A DNA stretch of 64,000 nucleotides, from positions 1,056,001-1,120,000 of the forward strand of contig CBDDPY010000002.1 of the NCBI GenBank assembly GCA_965232515.1. Direction: 5' to 3'. Below the pieces are notes generated by a model. That model was not told where the DNA came from and ran no database searches. It saw only the letters and a list, made by a program, of their open reading frames with translations. Below are positions 1 through 9,608 of the stretch, one piece after another (positions within the stretch are counted from its first letter, which is position 1; the number at the start of each line of letters is the position of its first letter). The translations under genes and the position numbers were made by a program. Source of the stretch: Alphaproteobacteria bacterium (GTDB taxonomy: Bacteria; Pseudomonadota; Alphaproteobacteria; GCA-2731375).

Positions 1-1320
1 AGCCTGGCGCTTGGCGTCGATGGGATAGCCCCAGATGAAGGCGATCGAGCAGAGCTTGATGACGATGGGCGCGCCGCCGTAGAGCAGCGACAGGGCCAGC
101 AGAGCACCGGCGTCATTGTCGCCGGCGGCCTCGAAGCCAGTCAGGTCGAGAAGCGGGAAGGCGAGCCCGACAGCCAGCGCCAGGGCCAGCTTGGTGGCCA
201 TGCTCCAGAGCGCGAAATATAGGCCTGTCCGCTGGGCGCCCGAACGCAGCGTATCGAGGTCTACGACGTCGGCCTGCATGGACGCCGGCAGCGCCAGGTC
301 GGCGCCGAGGCAAAAGCCGGTCAGGATGCAGACAGCCATGAATGGCCAGACATCGCCGGGTCCGAGAAACGGCACCGCGGCGAAGAACAGGCATGTCACG
401 GCCATGCCCACCGACCAGCTGCGGTGCTTGCCGAAACGGTAGCTGATCCGCAGCCAGAGCGGCACCGACAGCACGCCGCAGAGGAAATAGACGAGCAGCA
501 GCAGACCGGCCTGTTCCGGCGTCGCCAGCACGTTCTCGACGAACAGAAGGAACAGCGTGGCCGTGAAGCCGTTGGCCGTGCCGTTCAGCAGATAAGCCAG
601 CAGCAGTCTCCGAAACGGGCCGTTGCGCCAGACCAGACGCAGACCGTGGCGCAGGTTGACCGACGTGACCGATCGGACGCTCGGCTCCGGCACCCGGAAC
701 AAGGCCAGCAGCATGGTGAGCGGTAGCCCGACGCCGACGAAAATTGCCAGGACGTAAAGCGTCTCGGCCTTGCCGCTGCCGACGACGTCCATCACTTCCG
801 GCAGGATGGCCGGCAAGGCCGCGGCCAGAACGGTGCCCAGCACCACGCAGGCTTCCCGCGCGCCAACCACCCGGGTGCGTTCGTTATAGTTGCCCGAAAG
901 TTCCGCGCCCCAAGCCGTGTAGGGCAACAACACCAGCGTCCATCCAACATAGAGCGCCAGGGTCCAGCCCAGCAGATAGCCGACTCCAACCGTTTCCGGC
1001 GGCACGAACAGCAGATAGATCGCCACCACGATCAGCGGCACGCCGACGACGATCCAGGACTTGCGGCGTCCCCAGCGAAACGCGATCCGGTCGCTGAAGA
1101 ACCCGACCAGCGGATCCGACACCACGTCGAACAACCGCGCGAACAACAGGACCGCGCCCACGGCCGTCAATCCCAGGCCCAGGTCCTGGGCGTAAAACGC
1201 CGGCAGGTAGATGTAGATGGGCAGCGTGAGCGCGGCCAACGGCAGGCCGGGCAAGGCATAGAACAGGAGTTGATTGAACGGCAGGCGATCGGTCGACGCC
1301 GCCCGATCCGGGCTAGTCAC
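1..1320 (-). CDS. MFS transporter, GPH/MFS_2 (sugar:cation symporter) family; runs off the left edge of the window
   Basis: Not in ORF track (no stop in window). Manual translation from GTG at 1320: VTSPDRAASTDRLPFNQLLFYALPGLPLAALTLPIYIYLPAFYAQDLGLGLTAVGAVLLFARLFDVVSDPLVGFFSDR, containing the GPH-family 'R.FD...DPL.G..SDR' motif. Start overlaps the cfa stop. Confidence 0.85.
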   Translation of the reverse strand, partial: MTSPDRAASTDRLPFNQLLFYALPGLPLAALTLPIYIYLPAFYAQDLGLGLTAVGAVLLFARLFDVVSDPLVGFFSDRIAFRWGRRKSWIVVGVPLIVVAIYLLFVPPETVGVGYLLGWTLALYVGWTLVLLPYTAWGAELSGNYNERTRVVGAREACVVLGTVLAAALPAILPEVMDVVGSGKAETLYVLAIFVGVGLPLTMLLALFRVPEPSVRSVTSVNLRHGLRLVWRNGPFRRLLLAYLLNGTANGFTATLFLLFVENVLATPEQAGLLLLVYFLCGVLSVPLWLRISYRFGKHRSWSVGMAVTCLFFAAVPFLGPGDVWPFMAVCILTGFCLGADLALPASMQADVVDLDTLRSGAQRTGLYFALWSMATKLALALAVGLAFPLLDLTGFEAAGDNDAGALLALSLLYGGAPIVIKLCSIAFIWGYPIDAKRQA

Positions 1321-2572
1321 GCGCCAGGGCCAGCTGTTTTACGTCGGTGAAATCGGCCCGGAAGCCGGCTTCGCAATAGGCGAGGTAATACTCCCACATC
1401 CGTCGGAAACGTTGATCGAACCCAAGCGGCTCGATCTGCGGCCAGGCCGACAGAAAGCGTTGACGCCAGTCGGCCAGCGTTCGGGCGTAATCGCCGCCAT
1501 AGTCCCGATCGCCGCGCCAGTGCAAACCGGCCGCCTGCGCCTGCTTGCGCAGGCTAGCCGGCGACAGCAGGCAGCCGCCGGGGAAGATGTAGCGCTGAAT
1601 GAAATCGGCCTTGCTGCGATAGGCGTCGAAATACCTGTCGGCCATGGTGATGACCTGAATGCCGGCCACGCCGCCCGGCTTCAGGCAGTCGCGGACCTTG
1701 GCAAAAAACGTCGGCCAATACTTCTCGCCGACCGCCTCCAGCATCTCAATGGAGGCGATGCGGTCGTAACCGCCGCTGACGTCGCGATAGTCCTGCAGAC
1801 GAATATCGACCTTTTCGGCAAGCCCTTTCTCGAACATACGCTGTTTCGAATAGTCGTGCTGCTCGCGCGAGATCGTCAGCCCGGTGACGCGGCAGCCGAT
1901 ATGCTTGGCCGCGAACTCGGCGAACCCGCCCCAGCCGCAACCGATTTCGAGCACGTGGTGATCGGGTCCGATGCCCGCGGCCTCGGCGAGACGCGCATAC
2001 TTCTGATGTTGCGCGGCTTCGAGACTGTTTGCGCCATTGCCGTAGACAGCCGACGAGTAGGTCATGCTCGAATCCAGCCAGCGGCCGTAAAACGCATTCC
2101 CCAGGTCGTAGTGATGCGCGATGTTACGCCGGCTGCCGGAGCGGGAATTCGATCGCAGCAAATGGAACACCCGGTTCAACAACCGCTGTACCAATTTTCC
2201 GCGCAGCATCTCGTCGTCGAACACGGCCTCGTTGCGCCCTGCGAAGTAGAGCAGGGACAGCAAGTCCGGCGTGTCGAAGTCGCCATCCATATAGCTCTCG
2301 GCGAAGCCGACGCCGCCATTCAGAAGCAGTCGCCTTGGCGCCAGTTCGTTGCGCAACAGCATTTCGCCCTCGGGACCGTCTTCGGGTCCCTGCATGCGAT
2401 AGCGCCGCCCATCCGGCAATTGCACGGTCAGCGCGCCGTAGCGGGCCTGCGTGCTGATGGCCAGAAACAAACGCGTCAAGCGACGGGCATTCGGCACCTG
2501 CAAACCGTCGCGCACCGTTTCCAGCACCACCGCGTCGGCGCCACGGCAGATATCCTGCATCTCCAGCACCAT
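1313..2572 (-). CDS. cfa: Cyclopropane-fatty-acyl-phospholipid synthase family SAM methyltransferase (CfaS/UfaM-like)
   Basis: Motifs NIAHHYDLGNAFY, SMTYSSA, VLEIGCGWGG, SIEMLEAVG, FIQRYIFPGG, WEYYLAYCEAGF. Confidence 0.93.
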   Translation of the reverse strand: MVLEMQDICRGADAVVLETVRDGLQVPNARRLTRLFLAISTQARYGALTVQLPDGRRYRMQGPEDGPEGEMLLRNELAPRRLLLNGGVGFAESYMDGDFDTPDLLSLLYFAGRNEAVFDDEMLRGKLVQRLLNRVFHLLRSNSRSGSRRNIAHHYDLGNAFYGRWLDSSMTYSSAVYGNGANSLEAAQHQKYARLAEAAGIGPDHHVLEIGCGWGGFAEFAAKHIGCRVTGLTISREQHDYSKQRMFEKGLAEKVDIRLQDYRDVSGGYDRIASIEMLEAVGEKYWPTFFAKVRDCLKPGGVAGIQVITMADRYFDAYRSKADFIQRYIFPGGCLLSPASLRKQAQAAGLHWRGDRDYGGDYARTLADWRQRFLSAWPQIEPLGFDQRFRRMWEYYLAYCEAGFRADFTDVKQLALARD

Positions 2573-2574
2573 CT

Positions 2575-3405
2575 CTATTCCGCCGCGCCGGCCAATCGCG
2601 CATCCCCCGACGCCGCCGGCCGTTCGCTGCGCGGACCGTACGACGCCTCACGATCGGGAGCCGGCGGCCTCCCGTGATACTTGGCTCCCTTAAGCCAGAT
2701 CCACAAAGCCTCCCAGTGGATGGCAGAGATGATTTTAAGGGTCATGAGCGGATACTGGCAAAATGCTTTCAACAGGGTCGCATCGCTCAATTCGACGCGC
2801 CGGCCCGTCAATGCGGCGATTAGTTGCGGCCCCTGTGGCACGCTTTGCCGAATGACGATCGAAAGATCCTCGGCCGGCGGCCGGATCAGGAACCGGTAAT
2901 CCGATTGCATGCCAATAAACGGCGATACATGGAACTGCTTGGCGCAGCGCTGCCGCACCTGAGCTTCGTTGACGCCGGCGGGCAGCGGCAGCACATAGCA
3001 ATGCTGCTCGCCGAACGTGTTCTTGACCTCGTAGATGATGGCGCGCAGCCGGTCTGCGGCGTCGTGGCAGAAGAAGACGCTCAACGGATTGAACACGTAG
3101 CCGAGAATGCGCGGATAGCACAGGATCGAAACACGGCCGCCTTCAAGGTCGATGTTATCGCGCGCCAGCAGCTCTTCGGCCCATGAACGCAACGGCGTAC
3201 CGTCGCGACGGCCATGGTCCTTGTCGTGGAAGCTGAACAGATTGAACCGGTTGTGCGAGAACAAGCGCAGTTGCGCCGCATCCGCGTCAATGCGGTCAAT
3301 GTCGAGCCACATCGAGAACACGCGATAGGTGAACCGGTGTCGGAACGGCCGCAGCCGGTGATGCATCACACGGCCGAAATACAGGCTGGACTCCGCCTGG
3401 GTCAT
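2575..3405 (-). CDS. DUF1365 family protein (UfaO-like)
   Basis: Motifs G.V.H.R..P..H.F.Y, PRILGYVFNPLS, YEVKNTFGEQH.Y, K.FHVSPF, IHWEAL; typical position between amine-oxidase-like gene and cfa. Confidence 0.9.
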   Translation of the reverse strand: MTQAESSLYFGRVMHHRLRPFRHRFTYRVFSMWLDIDRIDADAAQLRLFSHNRFNLFSFHDKDHGRRDGTPLRSWAEELLARDNIDLEGGRVSILCYPRILGYVFNPLSVFFCHDAADRLRAIIYEVKNTFGEQHCYVLPLPAGVNEAQVRQRCAKQFHVSPFIGMQSDYRFLIRPPAEDLSIVIRQSVPQGPQLIAALTGRRVELSDATLLKAFCQYPLMTLKIISAIHWEALWIWLKGAKYHGRPPAPDREASYGPRSERPAASGDARLAGAAE

Positions 3406-3411
3406 TGTCGT

Positions 3412-4749
3412 TCAGTCCCCCGCCGCGGCCAGCGCCGCATCGTCCCGCCAGAGCGCCGGCGGCGGCGACAGCAACCGGCGCTTGCCCGCCACCCATGGTC
3501 GCTTGACGCCCAGCGCCTCGGCAACCTCCAGGCCCGACGTGAAGGCGTCCTCGTGGAAGCCGTAGCCGAAATAGCTGCCGCAGAACCAGATGCGGTCGGT
3601 TCCCTGCAGACGGTCGAGGCATTGTTGCGCCGCCAGCGCCGGAGCGTCGAACAGCGGATGATCGTAGGTCATTTCCGCCAGGACCAACTCGTCGCGCGGC
3701 TGCTCGTTCGGATTGACAGTGGCGAACAGCGGACAGCTCTGATCGATGTTCTGCAGCTTGTTCATCCAATAGGTCAGCGAGACAGTATCCCCGCTATGGT
3801 CCATCGACTCGGCGGTGTAGTTCCAGCTTGACCAGATCCGACGCCGCCGCGGCATCAACGCGCTGTCACGATGCAACACGGCCCGGTTCGCCTGGTAGGA
3901 GAAGGCGCCCAGCAGCTCACGCTCATCGTCGGTCGGTTCGGCCAGCATCGCCAATGCCTGATCGGCGTGGCTGGCGATTACGACATGGTCGAATCGTTGG
4001 TGCCGGCCGCGCGCATCGCGCAGAAGCACACCGCTCGGCTCGCGCTTGACGGCGATGACGGGCGTGTTCAGCAAGATCTGGCCAGGCATCTGTTGCAGAA
4101 TGCGTTCGACATAGCTGCGGCTGCCGTTGGTTACCGTGCGCCACAGCGGCTGATCGTTCACCGTCAGCAGGCCGTGGTTGGCGAAGAAGCGGACAAACGA
4201 CTCGGCCGGAAAGCGAAGCATGCCGTCAACCGAGCACGACCAGATCGCCGCGCCCATAGGCAGCAGATACCAACGCCGGAATGGATCGCCGTATCCGCCG
4301 GCATCCAAATAGTCGCCGAGCGTCAGTCCGGCCAGGCGACCGGCGGCCAGGTCCGGCGCCGCGGACCGATTGAACCGCAGCAGGTCGAGCAGCATGCGGA
4401 TAAAACGCGGCCGCGCGAGATTGTGCGCCTGCGCGAAAACGGTGACCAGGTTGGTGCCGGCCCACTCCAAACCGCCGCAGCCGGTATGGACGGAAAACGA
4501 CATCTGGCTGGCTTCCGTCGCGACATCCAGATGCCGGAACAGGGCTGACAGGTTCGGATAGTTGGGTTCGTTGTAGACGATGAAGCCGGTGTCGACCGAT
4601 ATCGTCTGGCCCTGCCAGGCGACGTCGTGGGTATGGCAATGACCGCCGGCATGTCCGCCGGCCTCGAACATCGTGACGTCGTGCTTTTTCGACAGCAGCC
4701 ATGCCGCGCCGAGACCTGCGGCACCGCTGCCGACAACTGCAATACGCAT
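3412..4749 (-). CDS. FAD-dependent oxidoreductase, COG2907 amine-oxidase-like (UfaD-like desaturase)
   Basis: IAVVGSGAAG Rossmann motif, VDTGFIVYNEPNYPN, WSSWNY, TYWMNKLQ, GYGFHEDA. Confidence 0.9.
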   Translation of the reverse strand: MRIAVVGSGAAGLGAAWLLSKKHDVTMFEAGGHAGGHCHTHDVAWQGQTISVDTGFIVYNEPNYPNLSALFRHLDVATEASQMSFSVHTGCGGLEWAGTNLVTVFAQAHNLARPRFIRMLLDLLRFNRSAAPDLAAGRLAGLTLGDYLDAGGYGDPFRRWYLLPMGAAIWSCSVDGMLRFPAESFVRFFANHGLLTVNDQPLWRTVTNGSRSYVERILQQMPGQILLNTPVIAVKREPSGVLLRDARGRHQRFDHVVIASHADQALAMLAEPTDDERELLGAFSYQANRAVLHRDSALMPRRRRIWSSWNYTAESMDHSGDTVSLTYWMNKLQNIDQSCPLFATVNPNEQPRDELVLAEMTYDHPLFDAPALAAQQCLDRLQGTDRIWFCGSYFGYGFHEDAFTSGLEVAEALGVKRPWVAGKRRLLSPPPALWRDDAALAAAGD

Positions 4750-4752
4750 GAG

Positions 4753-6210
4753 CTAAGCAGCCCCCCTGGTGATCGTCTTGTACGCGGCGAGCGCGCGGTC
4801 ACGGGCCATGCCGTGGTCGACGATTCGATTTGGATAGATTTCGCCCAATTTGACATCCGATTGCAACAGCATCGCATCGGGCGCCGTCCATGGACGGTGG
4901 ATGTGGCTGTCCGGCAGCGCCGACAACTCCGGCACCCAGCGGCGAACATATGCGCCGTCGGGATCGAAGCGTTCGCCCTGGAGTACGGGATTGAAGATGC
5001 GGAAATAGGGCGCCGCATCCGCGCCGGATCCCGCCACCCATTGCCAACTGGCGGCGTTGTTGGCGAGATCGGCGTCGACGAGCGTATCCCAGAACCATGC
5101 CTCGCCGTGCCGCCAATCGAGCAACAGGTCCTTGATGAGAAACGAGGCGACGACCATTCGCACCCGGTTGTGCATCCAACCGGTGTGCCAGAGTTGGCGC
5201 ATCCCGGCATCGACAATGGGGTAACCGGTCTGCCCCCGCTGCCAGGCGCGCAGCAGAGCCGGATCGTCGACCCAGGGAAAGCTGTCAAAATCAACGCGAA
5301 GATTGCGTTCCGGCAAGCCGGGGAAATGGAACAGCAGATGATAGGAAAACTCGCGCCAGCCGATTTCACTCAGGAACTTCGCGGTCGACTTGCCTTTTGC
5401 CGAATCCACGCCGCCCGCAACGGCGTGCGACACCGCATGCCAGATCGTGCGCGGACTGATCTCGCCAAAGTGCAGGTACGGCGACAGGCGCGAGGTCGCG
5501 TCGACCGCCGGCAAGTCGCGTTCCGTGGCATAACCGGAAAGAGCGCGCTCCATAAATAACTGCAAGCGGTCGCGCGCGCCGGCTTCGCCCGGCACCCAAC
5601 TCTCCCGCAGCCCGGCGGCCCAATCGGGTTTCATCGGCCGGAGTTGCCAATCGGCCAGCTTGTCGCCATCCGGCGCGTCGCTCCAACCGCGGATGCGCTC
5701 CGGCGCCGGGCGCGGCGCCGCCGGCTCGGGCAGGCGCAGGCAGGCTTTCCAGAATGGCGTGAATGCCTTGTAGCGGTCGCCGGCCTGGTTGCGCACCTCC
5801 CATGGCTCGAACAGCAGATTGCCGTTGTAGCTTTCGGCGTCGACGCCCAGCGCCTTCAGATCGGCCTTGATGCGGCCGTCCCGGTCGACCGCAAAAGGTT
5901 CGTAGCAGCGGTTCCAGTAAACCGCCGCCGCCCCGGTCGAACGGACCAGTTCCACTATCACCTTGGCGGCGTCGCCGGACCGCAACAACAACGGTGCGCC
6001 GAGATCGGCGAGACCTTTGGCCAAGTTCTCGAGACTGCCGTGCAACCACCAACGGCCGGCGCCGCCGGCGCGCCAGCCGGCCGGCGTCTCGTCGTCAAGC
6101 ACGTAGACCGGCAGCACCGGACGGCCGCTATCCACGGCGGCTATCAGTGCCGGATTGTCAGAAAGTCGGAGGTCCTGCCGGAACCAGACAATAACGGGAT
6201 GTTCGACCAA
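4753..6210 (-). CDS. phrB: Deoxyribodipyrimidine photolyase (CPD photolyase)
   Basis: WFRQDLRLSDNPAL, TSRLSPYLHFGEIS, GYPIVDAGMRQL..TGWMHNRVRM, WQWVAGSG.DAAPYFRIFNP. Start uncertain (TTG 6210 or 6246). Confidence 0.95.
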   Translation of the reverse strand: MVEHPVIVWFRQDLRLSDNPALIAAVDSGRPVLPVYVLDDETPAGWRAGGAGRWWLHGSLENLAKGLADLGAPLLLRSGDAAKVIVELVRSTGAAAVYWNRCYEPFAVDRDGRIKADLKALGVDAESYNGNLLFEPWEVRNQAGDRYKAFTPFWKACLRLPEPAAPRPAPERIRGWSDAPDGDKLADWQLRPMKPDWAAGLRESWVPGEAGARDRLQLFMERALSGYATERDLPAVDATSRLSPYLHFGEISPRTIWHAVSHAVAGGVDSAKGKSTAKFLSEIGWREFSYHLLFHFPGLPERNLRVDFDSFPWVDDPALLRAWQRGQTGYPIVDAGMRQLWHTGWMHNRVRMVVASFLIKDLLLDWRHGEAWFWDTLVDADLANNAASWQWVAGSGADAAPYFRIFNPVLQGERFDPDGAYVRRWVPELSALPDSHIHRPWTAPDAMLLQSDVKLGEIYPNRIVDHGMARDRALAAYKTITRGAA

Positions 6211-6315
6211 GTTTTCCGTTCTCTGCCACGCAAAGAATGAGCGCAAACCACGTCCGGAGACGCCAAGCGAACCGCCGTGTTCCAGCGGTTCGCTTTGTTA
6301 CAAACTACGCTCTTC

Positions 6316-6341
6316 TACGATTTTTCGATGCGTTCAGATCA
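6316..6341 (-). promoter_or_regulatory. RpoE (ECF11, ChrR-controlled)-type promoter
   Basis: Minus strand reads TGATCT-N16-CGTA directly upstream of phr-ufa-cfa, resembling the TGATC..CGTA promoter class of the singlet-oxygen sigmaE regulon. Confidence 0.7.
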
Positions 6342-6364
6342 CAGAAATCGAATAAACCTGCACC

Positions 6365-8110
6365 CTAGGGCTGCTGCATTTCCATCAAGGCCGTAAAGGC
6401 GTTTTCGCCGTTAAGCATAACCTGACCGTCCCGCCGGACCTCCAGGCGGTAGGTCAGGGAATCGCCCTGCTGAACTCCCTTGTCGGCGAAGCTCTGCAGG
6501 GCCTTGACGACATCCGGCGAGGGCGCTCCCGAGACATCGCCGGCCATGTAGCTCTTGACCAAGTCGGTCAGGCCCGCGAGCCGCAGATCGAAAGCGCCGA
6601 CCACGCCGAGCGGCGTCGATGCATCCGCCTTCAGAGCGCCGGATAGATCGCCGGACAGCTTCGGCGCTTCGAATTCGCCATTCTCGATGCTGAGGATCGT
6701 GCCGGCTTGCGTCAGCTCCTGGCGAAGCTGTTCGAACAAAACGCCGCTGGAGGTAACCTGGCCGAGCAGCGCGTATTCCAGCGCCATCACGCCGCCGCGC
6801 TTGGCCACGCTGGCAAGCGGAATGCGATCCAGCGTCGTGCGCAGGCGGAACTCCTGCGGCGACAAGCCATCGTCGACGCCGGTCCGCGCCGATTTCACGC
6901 CGCCATGACCATAGTCCAGGATGAAGTTCGACAGCGGCTGATCGAGATTTTCGAATGCCAGTGTCAGATGCGCGTCGGCCAGCTGCAGATCGCCGTTACG
7001 GCTGCCGACGACATTCAGATCCTTTACGGCGAAATTGAACGCCACGCCGCCCAGCAATCCGGTCACATCAAACTCGGGCTGGCCGTGGCCCTGCTGCCGG
7101 TTCGACTCAAGCTCCTGGGCGATATTGGTATAGCGCTCCATGTCGAACTTGGTGAATTCGGCGCCGACCGTCAGTTCGCCCAATTGAAAGCTGTTCCCGG
7201 CATCGGCCAAAGCCTTAATACCGCGCAGGCTGAACGTGGCGGGTCCTGACCAAAGGCCATCCGTTTCCTGCAGGTCGCTATTGATCGCAATCGTCTCGAT
7301 AGTCGCGCGATCGGCCTGGCCACGCGCCTGAATGACTGTCTGGCTCAGCTCGACATCCGTGAAGATCACGGCCTGCAACAGACGGTCCCAACGAATCTTC
7401 GCGCGACGGGAACCGAACGTTACGTCAGTGACGATATCGGTCTGCGCGCTGCGGACGACGAGCGCCGCCGGCAAATCGATTTCGATATCGTAGAGCCGGT
7501 CGTCGCTGACATTCACCCGGCCGGTCACGGTGCCGATCTCGACATCGCTGCCGCGGCCGCTGACCAGGTAGATGTCGCTCACCTTCACATCGTAGCCGGC
7601 ATCGTTCCCAGTGACCGTGACGTCGCCATAGCTCAGTCGGCCGCTGCGCTCGCCGACGCTCTGGTCGACCTGCGCGAGCATGTCCTTGACGGCGAATTCG
7701 ACGCGCTCGCGCTCATCGCGCGGCTCGCGGTTCGTTACCACCTTCTTCTCGGACATGCGCGGCTGGGTCGCGGTGGGCCGGTCGGCGGGCTGCGCCGGCG
7801 CCTCGGCCACATCCCGGCCCATCGCCTGCAAGGCGCTGCGGGCCGGCTCATATCCCTGCCTGGCTGCCATCTGATACCACTCGGCCGCGACCTCCGGATC
7901 GGCGGCGACGCCGATGCCGAGATGATACATAGTGCCGAGGCTGAACTGCGAGCGGGCGTCGCCGGCGTTCGCTTCCGCCATCCAGGCCGCCATGGCGCCG
8001 TCGTAATCGCCGGCCTGAAACCGCCGCTGTCCGTCGCTGAAATCGGCCAAAGCCGGGGCCGACAGTCCGACGGCCAAGGCCGCCGCGATGAACACTCGCT
8101 TCATGGTCAT
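6365..8110 (-). CDS. Secreted protein with N-terminal Sel1-like repeats and a large beta-rich C-terminal region (DUF2125/DUF945-like)
   Basis: Signal peptide (..SAPALA|DF), Sel1 motif GDARSQFSLGTMYHLGIGV..D...AAEWY..AA.QG; C-terminus ends YRLEVRRDGQVMLNG. Confidence 0.7.
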   Translation of the reverse strand: MTMKRVFIAAALAVGLSAPALADFSDGQRRFQAGDYDGAMAAWMAEANAGDARSQFSLGTMYHLGIGVAADPEVAAEWYQMAARQGYEPARSALQAMGRDVAEAPAQPADRPTATQPRMSEKKVVTNREPRDERERVEFAVKDMLAQVDQSVGERSGRLSYGDVTVTGNDAGYDVKVSDIYLVSGRGSDVEIGTVTGRVNVSDDRLYDIEIDLPAALVVRSAQTDIVTDVTFGSRRAKIRWDRLLQAVIFTDVELSQTVIQARGQADRATIETIAINSDLQETDGLWSGPATFSLRGIKALADAGNSFQLGELTVGAEFTKFDMERYTNIAQELESNRQQGHGQPEFDVTGLLGGVAFNFAVKDLNVVGSRNGDLQLADAHLTLAFENLDQPLSNFILDYGHGGVKSARTGVDDGLSPQEFRLRTTLDRIPLASVAKRGGVMALEYALLGQVTSSGVLFEQLRQELTQAGTILSIENGEFEAPKLSGDLSGALKADASTPLGVVGAFDLRLAGLTDLVKSYMAGDVSGAPSPDVVKALQSFADKGVQQGDSLTYRLEVRRDGQVMLNGENAFTALMEMQQP

Positions 8111-8393
8111 TTTCCCTTAAGCGTCGCGGATGAGCGGTCGGGCGCTACTGTTTCCGGCCGACCCCATGCCTTGCGCACAGAAACCACCAATTATGGACAA
8201 AATAAGGCTGCAAATTCGTAAAGCACCGACGACAAAGCCGGGTCCTGAAGGCAATTATGAATTGCAATTCCGCTGGCGAAAACGTCTTTTCTGGCGAACG
8301 GGCCGGGAACACAAAAATGCGCCGCACGGCGACGGCGATTATGCTAAGCAAGCCGCAACGAAGCCGGTCCAACGGCGCGCTGGGAGGAGTTTA

Positions 8394-9608
8394 ATGTCGG
8401 TCGCGTACGAGCCGAGAAGTCCTGACACGATTGCCGATCCGTTTCCCGTCCTTGCCCGCCTGCGCGAGGAGGAGCCCCTGCATTGGAGCCGCTCGCTGGG
8501 CGGCTGGGTCGTCACCCGTTATGAGGATTGCCAATTCGTTACGCTCGACAAGCGCTTTTCGGCCGACCGCATGCGGCCGTTCTTCGAACACCTGCCGCCC
8601 GACCGCCGGGCCCAGGTCAAGGAGCTGGAGTGGTCGGTCGGCCTCTGGGCCGTCTTCCAGGATCCCCCGGAACATACCCGGCTCCGGCGTCTCCTGAACC
8701 GGGGCTTCACCTCGCGCGCCATCGAGCGTGTGCGGCCGCGCATCGTCGACATCGTCGACCAGCTGCTGGACGGCATCATCGAGCAGGGCGAGATGGACGT
8801 GATCCGGGACTTCGCCTATCCGCTGCCGGCCTCGGTGGTGATGGAGATGCTCGGCGTGCCGCGCAGCGAGCTCGACAACTTCAAGACCTGGTCCGACGAT
8901 CTGGCGTTGTTCGTCGGCGGCGCCCTGATCACGCCGGAAAAATACGACCGTGCCGAGGCGGCGACGGTGGCGATGAGCGAATGCTTCCGTGGCATCATCG
9001 CCGAACGGCGAGCCGAACCGCGCGACGACATGATCAGCGAGCTGATCGCGGCCGAGGAGGCGGGCAGCATGCTGAGCGAGGAGGAGCTGATCGCGACCTG
9101 CATTCTGCTGCTGTTCGCGGGCCACGAGACGACGGCGAACCTGATCGGCAACGGCCTCTATTATCTGATGCGGTTTCCCGAACAGCAGGCGCGGCTGCGG
9201 GCCGATCCCTCGTTGGCGGCCACCGCGGTCGAGGAGTTCCTCCGCTATGACGGACCGAGCGGCGCGCTGGTACGCGTCGCCCATGCCGATGTGCCGCTGC
9301 ATGGGGCAACCATCCGCCAGGGCGACCGGGTGTTCGCGATGCTGAACGCCGCCAACCGGGACCCGCGTACGTTCGACGAACCGGACCGCTTCGACATCGG
9401 CCGTCCGGTGAAACGCAACGTCACCTTCGGGCACGGCATCCACTTCTGCCTAGGTGCGCCGCTGGCGCGGCTTGAAGGGCAGATCGCGATCCCAAGGGTG
9501 CTGGAGCGTCTGACCGACCTGACGATCGCCCGTGACGATCTGGTTTGGAGCGACAGCATGATCCTGCGCGGCCTGACGTCGCTGCCGATCCGGTTTCGCG
9601 CCGCATGA
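8394..9608 (+). CDS. Cytochrome P450
   Basis: DPPEHTRLR, I-helix AGHETT, ExxR (EFLR), heme motif FGHGIHFCLG; RBS GGGAGG before ATG 8394. Confidence 0.95.
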   Translation: MSVAYEPRSPDTIADPFPVLARLREEEPLHWSRSLGGWVVTRYEDCQFVTLDKRFSADRMRPFFEHLPPDRRAQVKELEWSVGLWAVFQDPPEHTRLRRLLNRGFTSRAIERVRPRIVDIVDQLLDGIIEQGEMDVIRDFAYPLPASVVMEMLGVPRSELDNFKTWSDDLALFVGGALITPEKYDRAEAATVAMSECFRGIIAERRAEPRDDMISELIAAEEAGSMLSEEELIATCILLLFAGHETTANLIGNGLYYLMRFPEQQARLRADPSLAATAVEEFLRYDGPSGALVRVAHADVPLHGATIRQGDRVFAMLNAANRDPRTFDEPDRFDIGRPVKRNVTFGHGIHFCLGAPLARLEGQIAIPRVLERLTDLTIARDDLVWSDSMILRGLTSLPIRFRAA

